From the NCBI GenBank assembly GCA_036490655.1, contig DASXDM010000001.1, forward strand, positions 1,866 to 65,865: a stretch of DNA of 64,000 nt, given 5' to 3'. Made by a program: the position numbers and the translations under genes. Below, piece after piece: positions 27,679 to 35,626 of this stretch (its first letter is position 1; every line of letters begins with the position of its first letter). The notes under the pieces are model-generated. The model was not told the DNA's origin. It searched no databases and saw nothing but the letters and a program-made list of their open reading frames with translations. This DNA is from Verrucomicrobiia bacterium. GTDB taxonomy: Bacteria > Verrucomicrobiota > Verrucomicrobiia > Limisphaerales > UBA11358.

Positions 27679-29310
27679 ATGAACAGGCACCGCTTCGGAT
27701 TTTCCCGCAATCAACTTCTGCTTTGCCTGCTGTTGCTGTTAATTCTGGCTTTCAATTTTGCCATCCGCTGGCGGCTTCGTGACATGCCGCTGGAACGTGA
27801 TGAAGGTGAATATGCCTACGCGGGGCAATTGATCCTCCAGGGCGTTCCCCCGTATCAGCTCGCCTACAACATGAAATTTCCCGGGGTGTATTTTGCCTAC
27901 AGCCTGCTTATGACGGTCTTTGGCCAATCGACATCGGGCATCCATATCGGGATGATTTTGGTCACCTCCATCACTGCCATCCTCGTTTTTCTTATTGGTT
28001 GCGAGTTGATGTCGGCGGCAGGCGGATTGATTGCGGCTGCGATCTTTGTCTGCCTCTCCGCATTGCCGCAAGCCCTCGGATTGGCGGGACACGCCACGCA
28101 TTTCGTTTCGCTTTTTGTCTGTGCCGGCGTCCTCGCATTGTTGTTTGCGCGAAAGAAAAAATCTTCGTCAGGGTGGTTTGTGTCGGGAACCGCTTTTGGG
28201 CTGGCGATATTGATGAAACAACAGGCAATCTTTTTTCCGCCGGTTTTCCTGGCATGGTATTTTTCCAGGGAATTTCAGTTGGGCGACCGGCGGAAGTCCG
28301 GCTGGCTGGCGTTCGTTTTTTGTGCCGGTTGCGCCATCCCAGTCCTGGTCATGGCCGCCGGATTTGCCTATGCAGGTCTATGGGGCAAATTTATTTTTTG
28401 GACGTTTGAGTATGCGCGACAATACGTTGCCATTTTTCCGCTCAGCACCGCGCCCGGGCAATTTGTCACTGGATTCGATCCAATCTTTAAGTCAGGGATG
28501 TTGGTTTGGCTTGCGGGAATGGCAGGATTGATGGTTATCCTGCGAAAAAGAGATTGGAGCAAGCCCATGGAATTGGCTGCGCTGCTTTTTTTGGCGGGGA
28601 TGCTCGCCACCTGCCCGGGTTTTTATTTTCGCGCCCATTATTTTTTGACAGCCATGCCGGGGCTCGCCCTGCTCAGCGCTGCCGCCGTCCTGTCCCTTGG
28701 CGAAGCTTTGAAATCCAGCAGGGCCGTTCTTTTGGCCAAATGCTTACCACTTTGTTTGACGGCCTTCATCATCGCGGAACTGGTGGCCGATAATTACCAG
28801 GCGTGGTTTGAACAGACGCCTGGGCAAATTTCCAGGGAGCTTTATGACATCAATCCTTTTCCCGAATCGGTGCCCATCGCGGAGTATCTCAGGGCGCACA
28901 CGTCAACAAATGATACGATTGGGGTCCTGGGTTCTGAGCCGCAACTCTTTTTTCTGTCCGGACGACGTTCGGCATCCGGCTATCTTTACTTTTATCCATT
29001 GATGGAACCGCAACCCTTTGCGCCGCAGATGCGAAAAGGTTTTATGCAGGAGATGGAGGGTGCCCGGCCCAAATATGTGGTCTTCGTTAACATGGTGTCG
29101 TCATGGGAGCAGATGATTCTTCCCAATGATTCCTCTCTTTCGAGCAATTCCATTCCGGGATGGTGGCACAGTTATTCAACAAATTACATGGTGACGGGCG
29201 CGGTCGATATCTTCACGAACAAGCCCTCTCAATATTTTTGGGACGCGGATTTGCGGGGGCATTCAAGTTTTACCAACGACGACGTTTTGATCTATCGCAG
29301 GAAAGAGTAG
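27679..29310 (+). CDS. GT-C fold glycosyltransferase (family 39 / ArnT-PMT-like)
   Basis: 543 aa and polytopic. First-loop acidic motif RDMPLERDEGEYAYAG, followed by more than 10 TM helices and a soluble C-terminal domain. Confidence 0.6.
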   Translation: MNRHRFGFSRNQLLLCLLLLLILAFNFAIRWRLRDMPLERDEGEYAYAGQLILQGVPPYQLAYNMKFPGVYFAYSLLMTVFGQSTSGIHIGMILVTSITAILVFLIGCELMSAAGGLIAAAIFVCLSALPQALGLAGHATHFVSLFVCAGVLALLFARKKKSSSGWFVSGTAFGLAILMKQQAIFFPPVFLAWYFSREFQLGDRRKSGWLAFVFCAGCAIPVLVMAAGFAYAGLWGKFIFWTFEYARQYVAIFPLSTAPGQFVTGFDPIFKSGMLVWLAGMAGLMVILRKRDWSKPMELAALLFLAGMLATCPGFYFRAHYFLTAMPGLALLSAAAVLSLGEALKSSRAVLLAKCLPLCLTAFIIAELVADNYQAWFEQTPGQISRELYDINPFPESVPIAEYLRAHTSTNDTIGVLGSEPQLFFLSGRRSASGYLYFYPLMEPQPFAPQMRKGFMQEMEGARPKYVVFVNMVSSWEQMILPNDSSLSSNSIPGWWHSYSTNYMVTGAVDIFTNKPSQYFWDADLRGHSSFTNDDVLIYRRKE

Positions 29311-29324
29311 GGAAACCTCCGGCT

Positions 29325-29942
29325 TCAGACGTCTTCGCCGAGTTCGACGTTCCAGTAGGCGAGGTCGATGAAATGCTTCCAGCTATCGTGGCGATTCAGG
29401 GTGAAATTGATCTGCACAAATGGACGCCATTTCGGCCGCTTGGGTTTGCGGATGAGATGCAAGCTGGCCTCCTGCGGGGTGCGATTGGCTTTTTGGGTAT
29501 TGCACTCGATACAGGAGCAAACGATGTTTTCCCACGTTGTCGGGCCACCGCGATCGCGCGGGATGACGTGGTCGAGATTCAAATCCTTCCTTTCAAAGAT
29601 CCGTCCGCAGTATTGGCACGTATTTTTGTCGCGCTCAAAGATATTATGGCGGGTGAACTTCACTTCCTTCTTGGGCAGGCGGTCGTAAATCATCAGGAGG
29701 ATGATCCGCGGCACGCGGATGCGGAAAGAGATGGCATGGACGGATTCATCGTGGGGCGCGTCGGTGGAGATATCGCGCCACTGGCTGAAATTGAGGGTGC
29801 TAAACGAGCCGTCTTCGGCAGCGACGACAACCTGGGCCTGACCCTGAAAGAGAAGGGTGAGCGCGCGCCGTGCGGAACAGACATTCACGGCCTGCCAAAG
29901 CCTGTTCAATACGAGAACATGCTGATTAAGTGCAGTGTTCAT
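29325..29942 (-). CDS. HNH endonuclease family protein
   Basis: CQYCG...LNLDHVIPRDRGGPTTWENIVCSCIECNTQK is an HNH/zinc motif. ATG at 29942. Confidence 0.8.
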   Translation of the reverse strand: MNTALNQHVLVLNRLWQAVNVCSARRALTLLFQGQAQVVVAAEDGSFSTLNFSQWRDISTDAPHDESVHAISFRIRVPRIILLMIYDRLPKKEVKFTRHNIFERDKNTCQYCGRIFERKDLNLDHVIPRDRGGPTTWENIVCSCIECNTQKANRTPQEASLHLIRKPKRPKWRPFVQINFTLNRHDSWKHFIDLAYWNVELGEDV

Positions 29943-30025
29943 ACTGACTGCGGGGAAATTATCAGAACGGATGTTGCAGGTCAATGCCGTCGCGGTGACG
30001 GGAATGTTTCAGTTTTGTGACGGGA

Positions 30026-30436
30026 CTAAAACCGAAGGGGGGGAGGCCAAAGATGTTCCACCATTGAATTGGGAGTTTGTTTTTCCAAATAGCCCAAAAA
30101 GAAATCCAACGCTATAACGATCATCAGCCAAATCGTGAGGATGATGACAGGCCTGGCAATAGCCCATTTGCGCCGATAGCGTATTGGTTCAACAAGACGA
30201 AACGCAGACCACACCAATGCGCCTAAAATGATTAACAGGAAAAAATCGAACAAACCTTCATATGAAAATCCGTACAATCCTTCAAGCACACCGTCATCTT
30301 GTAATATGAGTACCCGCGGAAGGTGATCGCTGATTATCGCGCAAGCCCCGATCCAAATAGCACCGAGGGAGACCGCAAGGATTAGGCGCCACCTTGGTAG
30401 TCGCAATTGGCTTGAAGGAAGATGCAACGCTTTCAT
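30026..30436 (-). CDS. hypothetical small membrane protein
   Basis: 136 aa with four hydrophobic segments. Low GC. No family recognised. Confidence 0.4.
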   Translation of the reverse strand: MKALHLPSSQLRLPRWRLILAVSLGAIWIGACAIISDHLPRVLILQDDGVLEGLYGFSYEGLFDFFLLIILGALVWSAFRLVEPIRYRRKWAIARPVIILTIWLMIVIALDFFLGYLEKQTPNSMVEHLWPPPLRF

Positions 30437-30553
30437 ATTGACCTTACTTCACGTGAAAATGCTCGTTTCCTATAATAAATCAAGAGGCAAGATATGGTAT
30501 TCTTCCAGCGAACCGGTTTGCCAAACGCATTCGTGTTCGATATTTTGGTGGGC

Positions 30554-32287
30554 ATGAAATATTCCGCCTGGCTGGCAATTTTGATCTTTGCGGTGACCCT
30601 TTCTGCTCGTGCGCAGTCAGACCCCGATGACCAATACATCATCATTTACAGCATGATGCAGCAGGCGGATTCGCTCAAAGCGGCCGGCCAGCCCGCCCAG
30701 GCGTTGACGGAATTTCAGCAGTCGCTGGCCGACTTGAAAAAATTCCAGTCTGTTTATCCCGACTGGAACCCCACGATCGTCAATTACCGCATCAAATACA
30801 TCACGGACAAGATCAACGGCCTTACCGCGCAAATGCCCGCGCCCGCCACCAACGCGCCGGCGATGACCAATGCCAATGCGGTGACCGGCACCACGACGAT
30901 GACAACGGCATCCGAATCTGATTTGCAGGCGCAAGTGGATTCGTTGAAGTTGCAAGTCCAACAACTGCAGACCGCCAACCAACTGTTGCAGGACAAGTTG
31001 AAGGAGGCGCTCAGCGCCCAACCCGCGCCGACTGATGCGCAACAATTGGCCCAGGCGCAGGACCAGGTGCGTTCGTTGATGAAGGAAAATGACCTGTTAC
31101 GCGCGGGCATGGCGGGCAAGACGAACAACCCCAATGCGCAGGCGGAATTACTGACGGTCCAACAGGAATTGGCCGATGCGAACCAGAATTTGGCGCAGCA
31201 GAAGGACCGCGCTGATTCGCTGGCGACGGCAAATAAATCATTGGACGCACAGTTGCAATCGTTGCTGGTCGGCCCTGATTCGATGAAGGCGTTGCGCGAA
31301 GAGAATGCGATGCTCAAGAAACAGTTGGCGGAGATGCAATCCGGCGCCCCGGCCTCAAGCGAAAGCGCGGAGCTGACGCAGGCGCGGGCGCAGATCGCGG
31401 AGTTGCAATCAGACGCCGACATCAATCTGCTGGAGAAACAGGCCCTGGAAGAACGGCTCCAACGATATGAAGCGGCGGCCCAATCGGCTCCCGCCAATAC
31501 CATGTCTGCCATCAACAGCGAAGAGATCAGCAAACTGCGCGCGCGCCTGGCGGTGGATGAGGCGCAGATGGTGCCTTATACCTCCGATGAACTGGCGTTG
31601 TTCAGCTCAAAATCGCCCGCACCGGAAACTAATGTGGTGGCCAATGCAGTGGCCGACAATACCACAGCCACGGCGCCCGCTCCCTCCACCGACAACACCG
31701 CCGGAACTCCCAGTGACGTCTCGCTGCTGGTGGCCGAAGCGCAGAACTATTTTGACAGCCACGACTATGTGAACGCCGAGAAGGATTACCGGAAAATCCT
31801 GGCGGAAGACAAAAACAACTCCGGCGCCATGGCGAACCTGGCGGCCATCGAATTGCAGGAGAACAAGCTGGGGGACGCCGAATCGCTCCTCAAGGCGGCG
31901 CTCGCCATCAATCCCGGGGACGCCTACACCCTTTCGACTTACGGTTACCTGGAGTTCCGCGAGCAAAAATTTGACGATGCGCTCGATGCCCTGAGCCGCG
32001 CCGCGAAACTTGATCCGCAAAATGCGCAGGTCGAGAATTATCTCGGCGTCACGCTCAGCCATAAAGGCCTGCGCACCCAGGCGGAGACGGCGTTGCGCAA
32101 GGCGATCGAATTGGACCCCGATTACGGTGCGGCCCACAACAACCTGGCCGTGATCTATCTCACTGAAAATCCGCCCTTGGTCGAATTGGCGCGCTGGCAT
32201 TACCAAAAGGCGCTCGACGAGGGCGAGCCGCACAATCCTGACCTGGAAAAGATCCTTGCGCAAAAAGGCGCGCCGGTTTCGCAATAA
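30554..32287 (+). CDS. secreted coiled-coil / TPR repeat protein
   Basis: Signal peptide from the ATG at 30554. Long Q/A/L-rich coiled region. C-terminal TPR-like repeats (AL.INPGDAY..., A.KLDPQNAQ..., AIELDPDYGAAHNNLA). Confidence 0.65.
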   Translation: MKYSAWLAILIFAVTLSARAQSDPDDQYIIIYSMMQQADSLKAAGQPAQALTEFQQSLADLKKFQSVYPDWNPTIVNYRIKYITDKINGLTAQMPAPATNAPAMTNANAVTGTTTMTTASESDLQAQVDSLKLQVQQLQTANQLLQDKLKEALSAQPAPTDAQQLAQAQDQVRSLMKENDLLRAGMAGKTNNPNAQAELLTVQQELADANQNLAQQKDRADSLATANKSLDAQLQSLLVGPDSMKALREENAMLKKQLAEMQSGAPASSESAELTQARAQIAELQSDADINLLEKQALEERLQRYEAAAQSAPANTMSAINSEEISKLRARLAVDEAQMVPYTSDELALFSSKSPAPETNVVANAVADNTTATAPAPSTDNTAGTPSDVSLLVAEAQNYFDSHDYVNAEKDYRKILAEDKNNSGAMANLAAIELQENKLGDAESLLKAALAINPGDAYTLSTYGYLEFREQKFDDALDALSRAAKLDPQNAQVENYLGVTLSHKGLRTQAETALRKAIELDPDYGAAHNNLAVIYLTENPPLVELARWHYQKALDEGEPHNPDLEKILAQKGAPVSQ

Positions 32288-32304
32288 GGTTCCACGGTGA
32301 GCGT

Positions 32305-32724
32305 ATGCGTCAGGTTTTCCATGAACTGGTGATTTCCACGCGCGGACGCGCGTTGTATGATTTCACACTGGAGGTGGAAAAGTGGATCAGCGCCAACCGG
32401 TTCCAGGGCGGCCTGATCACTTTGCATCTCCGGCACACCTCGGCGTCGTTACTCATCCAGGAAAACGCCGACCCGGATGTGCAGCGCGACCTGGAGGCTT
32501 TTTTCAAACGGCTCGTCCCGGATGGCGATCCGCTCTTCATCCATACTGCCGAAGGCGACGACGATATGCCCGCCCATGTGCGCACCGCATTGACCACGGT
32601 GAATCTGAGCATACCGTTGCATCACGGGCAGATGGCGTTGGGAACCTGGCAGGGGATTTATTTATGGGAACACCGCAAGCGCGGCCATTCCCGGCGGGTG
32701 GCGCTGCATTTTATTGGGGAATGA
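32305..32724 (+). CDS. yjbQ: YjbQ/UPF0047 family protein (secondary thiamine-phosphate synthase-like)
   Basis: HTSASLLIQENADPDVQ, GDDDMPAHVRTALT, and GTWQGIYLWEHR. Confidence 0.8.
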   Translation: MRQVFHELVISTRGRALYDFTLEVEKWISANRFQGGLITLHLRHTSASLLIQENADPDVQRDLEAFFKRLVPDGDPLFIHTAEGDDDMPAHVRTALTTVNLSIPLHHGQMALGTWQGIYLWEHRKRGHSRRVALHFIGE

Positions 32725-34228
32725 TCTTCTCTTCGGCGTTGTTCGTTTCCTTTGTGCCTTCAGGGATGGCGTCCAAATTATCAAACCAGGCGACCATGAT
32801 GCCCAGAAACCAGGCGATGATGAACGGATATGAATAACGGCCAACTTCATCACCCTTGCTGTAGGTGATCATCTGGTCCAAATCGCCTTGAATGAACGGC
32901 AAACAGGAGAGGGCCAGCGCCAGCACGGTAAAGACGCCCACGATGACAATGGAAAGACTGGCAGTCGCCAGGCGGCTGCGCTTTTGCCATAACGACATCA
33001 CGATCACGATGAGCAACAGCCACGGCAGGATGGAAAGTTGCTCATTGGCGAGGCTGCCCAGGCCGTTCCAATGTCCGATCCATTGCAGATGGCCCTGGTT
33101 GGATTGCCAGTGGAAAAAATTGCCGTTGAAGAAGCGTCCGCCGATGTTCATGAACCATGCCTGCGGAAATCGATACAAAGTCATGCCGGGGGTTGCCAGG
33201 CCGTCCCGCCACCAGCCGGATTCGGGATGCTCAACGGGTTTGGCCAACCGGAACAAGGCATACGGCAGGACGCAGATGATACAAGTCATCGCGCTGCGCC
33301 AGAGAATTCGGTTCTTGAACCACCCGCGCCGCCAGCATAATGGCAGCAACACGCAAAACCAAATGGCCAGGTAAATCATGCCCTCGAATTTGCTCATGGC
33401 CCCTCCGACAGCCGTGAGCATGGCCGCCGCCATAGGATATGCGTCGTTGGAAGTGATCGCTCTCACCAGCAACATCGCCGTCAAGCTGGCGAAAAAGAGC
33501 AGGGGAATCGTTCCGCCTTCCTGCCGGACAAAATGCAGGGTCGCCGGCAATAAACACAGCACCACGACTGCCAGCATGGGCAGGGGATGCGGGCGTTGCC
33601 AGGTTTTTGCCATCGAAAGCGTTCCGATACCAAGAGCGATGATCATCCAAAACGGCCAGACTTTGTTGACAAATTCATCCACGCTGCCCACGGCGCCATA
33701 GTCCAGCAGATAAAGGCAGGGGACGAGCATCGGATAATCCCAGTGGGCATAAGCGAGGCTCGTCTGGTGCATCCAATGCAAAAGATTGCCTCCTTGCTCC
33801 AGATAAAGCACTTTTGCTTTGAAGACCCAAAATGCGTTCGCGTCAAATTCCAGCGTTCCTTCCAACGTGCTCAGTCTGGAAAAAACCCAGCAGAAATAAA
33901 GCAGCGGCAGCAATATCACCAGCCAGAGATGAGCGGGTTGCATTTTTAAATGGACCAGGCGCGTCATCGTGTTCGGCGCTGCGATGATGATTTCCGCCAG
34001 GCCCCAGATCAATGCCAACCAGGCCAGCGGACCCGCCAGGTTGACGCCCGCCAGTGCTCCCAGCAGCGCGGCTTGCGTGAATAGCAGCATCCCGATCCCC
34101 ATGCCTAACGCCCATCGCAAACCTATGCCGAATCGGGATTCGATCTCACGACCCAGCAACAGGCGCGCAACGCGCATGCCCGAAAAGGCAAGGGCCGGCG
34201 GCAGGAGAAAGGCGATGGTTTCTTTCAT
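32711..34228 (-). CDS. polytopic membrane protein, paralog A of 47017-48549 (possible GT-C-like; function unknown)
   Basis: 505 aa with about 12 TM helices. Long identical runs with the paralog, for example RLSTLEGTLEFDANAFWVFKAKVLYLEQG, VDEFVNKVWPFWM and DEVGRYSYPF. Confidence 0.55.
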   Translation of the reverse strand: MKETIAFLLPPALAFSGMRVARLLLGREIESRFGIGLRWALGMGIGMLLFTQAALLGALAGVNLAGPLAWLALIWGLAEIIIAAPNTMTRLVHLKMQPAHLWLVILLPLLYFCWVFSRLSTLEGTLEFDANAFWVFKAKVLYLEQGGNLLHWMHQTSLAYAHWDYPMLVPCLYLLDYGAVGSVDEFVNKVWPFWMIIALGIGTLSMAKTWQRPHPLPMLAVVVLCLLPATLHFVRQEGGTIPLLFFASLTAMLLVRAITSNDAYPMAAAMLTAVGGAMSKFEGMIYLAIWFCVLLPLCWRRGWFKNRILWRSAMTCIICVLPYALFRLAKPVEHPESGWWRDGLATPGMTLYRFPQAWFMNIGGRFFNGNFFHWQSNQGHLQWIGHWNGLGSLANEQLSILPWLLLIVIVMSLWQKRSRLATASLSIVIVGVFTVLALALSCLPFIQGDLDQMITYSKGDEVGRYSYPFIIAWFLGIMVAWFDNLDAIPEGTKETNNAEEKIIPQ

Positions 34229-34782
34229 TTCAGCGCCTTGGCAGTGAGTGGAAGCAACTCCTGCCGGTCGTAGTTGATTAGGAAATCAAAGCCGTTTGTC
34301 CGAAGCACCGCCGGTGAATCGCAAGGTGTCCCCTCAAATCCGCTCTCGCGGTAAATCAGGTTCGTGCCGAGGGAAATTTCGACGTCCCTCGGAAATAAAT
34401 AGTTCCGGATGATAAAATAATATCCGAGTTTGGGGCTGTTGGTCGGCCCCAGCATATCGCTGCAAAACACCCGCGCATCCGGGGCCAGGATTTTGTCCAA
34501 CCCCCTCGCTTCGGAGTTATAATCGTTGCTATACTTGTCCCGCTCGATGGGATCGGAGATTTGTCTCAGTTTGTCCGCATGTTCGCTCAGAAGGAACATC
34601 GACAGTTCAGAATTGAACCGGGTGTAACCCGACTGCGCGATCACCAGGACCGCCGCCATGGCGCCTACCAGGATCGTCATCAGCAGCGTCAATTTTTTCG
34701 ACACCGGATCGATGGGGTTGTTGGGTGGAACCACAGATAAAATTTGCATGAAACGCCCGTGGTCGTAAACCGCAGATTTCAT
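34225..34782 (-). CDS. single-pass membrane protein, paralog A of 48546-49034 (function unknown)
   Basis: ATG at 34782; the longer ORF would run through tRNA-Ser. ATGA overlap with the downstream gene. Shares RNYLFP.D.EISLGTNL.Y...GF.GTPCDS with the paralog. Confidence 0.5.
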   Translation of the reverse strand: MKSAVYDHGRFMQILSVVPPNNPIDPVSKKLTLLMTILVGAMAAVLVIAQSGYTRFNSELSMFLLSEHADKLRQISDPIERDKYSNDYNSEARGLDKILAPDARVFCSDMLGPTNSPKLGYYFIIRNYLFPRDVEISLGTNLIYRESGFEGTPCDSPAVLRTNGFDFLINYDRQELLPLTAKALK

Positions 34783-34872
34783 GGCCTGGGTCGTGATCCG
34801 TAGTATCCTGCCGGAAATGACTTGCCCTTGGCGCCGATTACCGAGAAAATATAGATTCCAAACCTTTTGGGC

Positions 34873-34961
34873 GGAGAGATGGCAGAGTGGTTTAACGCGC
34901 ACGCCTGGAAAGCGTGAATACCCAAAAGGTATCGGGGGTTCGAATCCCCCTCTCTCCGCCA
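34873..34961 (+). tRNA. tRNA-Ser (anticodon GGA)
   Basis: Acceptor ggagaga/tctctcc, U8, anticodon stem cacgc/gcgtg with loop cuGGAaa, long variable arm, T-arm ggggg-ttcgaat-ccccc, discriminator G, and encoded CCA. Confidence 0.9.
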
Positions 34962-35071
34962 GTTGTTTCTTACTTCGTACAGTCCCGCAAGGCGGGACCG
35001 GTCGGCTCTAAATTTTGTCTGTTGACCCCCGCCCCGGGTTGACATCTATAAAAATCTGATAATCTGATTTT

Positions 35072-35344
35072 ATGCGAAAGACGTCCATCAGCGTCACCGA
35101 GGCCGCGCGCAATTTTTCCGATTGCGTCAACCGCACCCACTATCAAAACGTCACCTTTGTGCTGCTCAAGAACGGCTCGCCCGTTGCCCGCCTGGTGCCT
35201 GACACTGAGAAAGTCTGCGTGGGTAGTGACCTGGCTGCCGCGCTGGCCAAAACCGGCTTGGATAAAGATGAAGCCGCCGCATGGTATCGTGACTTGAAAA
35301 CCGCCCGTAAAACCCTCAAAAAACCTGCCGATAAATGGCGATAA
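35072..35344 (+). CDS. Phd/YefM-type antitoxin-like protein
   Basis: 90 aa. ISVTEAARNFSDCVNRTHYQNVTFVLLKNGSPVARLVP is typical of the Phd/YefM N-terminal fold. Overlaps the PIN remnant by 10 nt. Confidence 0.6.
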   Translation: MRKTSISVTEAARNFSDCVNRTHYQNVTFVLLKNGSPVARLVPDTEKVCVGSDLAAALAKTGLDKDEAAAWYRDLKTARKTLKKPADKWR

Positions 35345-35499
35345 TCCTGGATGCGGATGTCATCATTCGCGGCGGGAACGGGGCGTTTGATCTCCAGCGA
35401 TGGGTTGCCTCCCGGCCAGGCGAGCGGTTTGAAGTGGCCACCTTCAACCAGCGCCATTTTGCCCGGGTGAAGGGGCTGACGGTCATCGAGCCGAAATAG
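35335..35499 (+). pseudogene. internally deleted PIN-domain (VapC-like) toxin remnant
   Basis: My own translation gives 54 aa: MAIILDADVIIRGG...ATFNQRHFARVKGLTVIEPK. It keeps the N-terminal (ILDADVII) and C-terminal (N.RHF..V.GL.V) ends of a PIN toxin but lacks about 75 central residues. Confidence 0.5.
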
Positions 35500-35530
35500 A
35501 GCATTTTATTCCAACTGTTTATTTCATGGG

Positions 35531-35570
35531 CCAAAAGGTATAGGGAGTTCGAATCTCCTCCCTTCGCCAG
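35531..35570 (+). repeat. partial duplicate of a tRNA-Ser 3' half (att-like direct repeat)
   Basis: ccaaaaggtatagggagttcgaatctcctcccttcgccag compared with tRNA-Ser 34922-34962. About 78% identity, and the T-stem is still self-complementary. Confidence 0.7.
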
Positions 35571-35626
35571 TTTTGGCTACTATCATTGACTCGTCAAAGG
35601 AAGTACTTTTAACAGCATCGTTCCAT

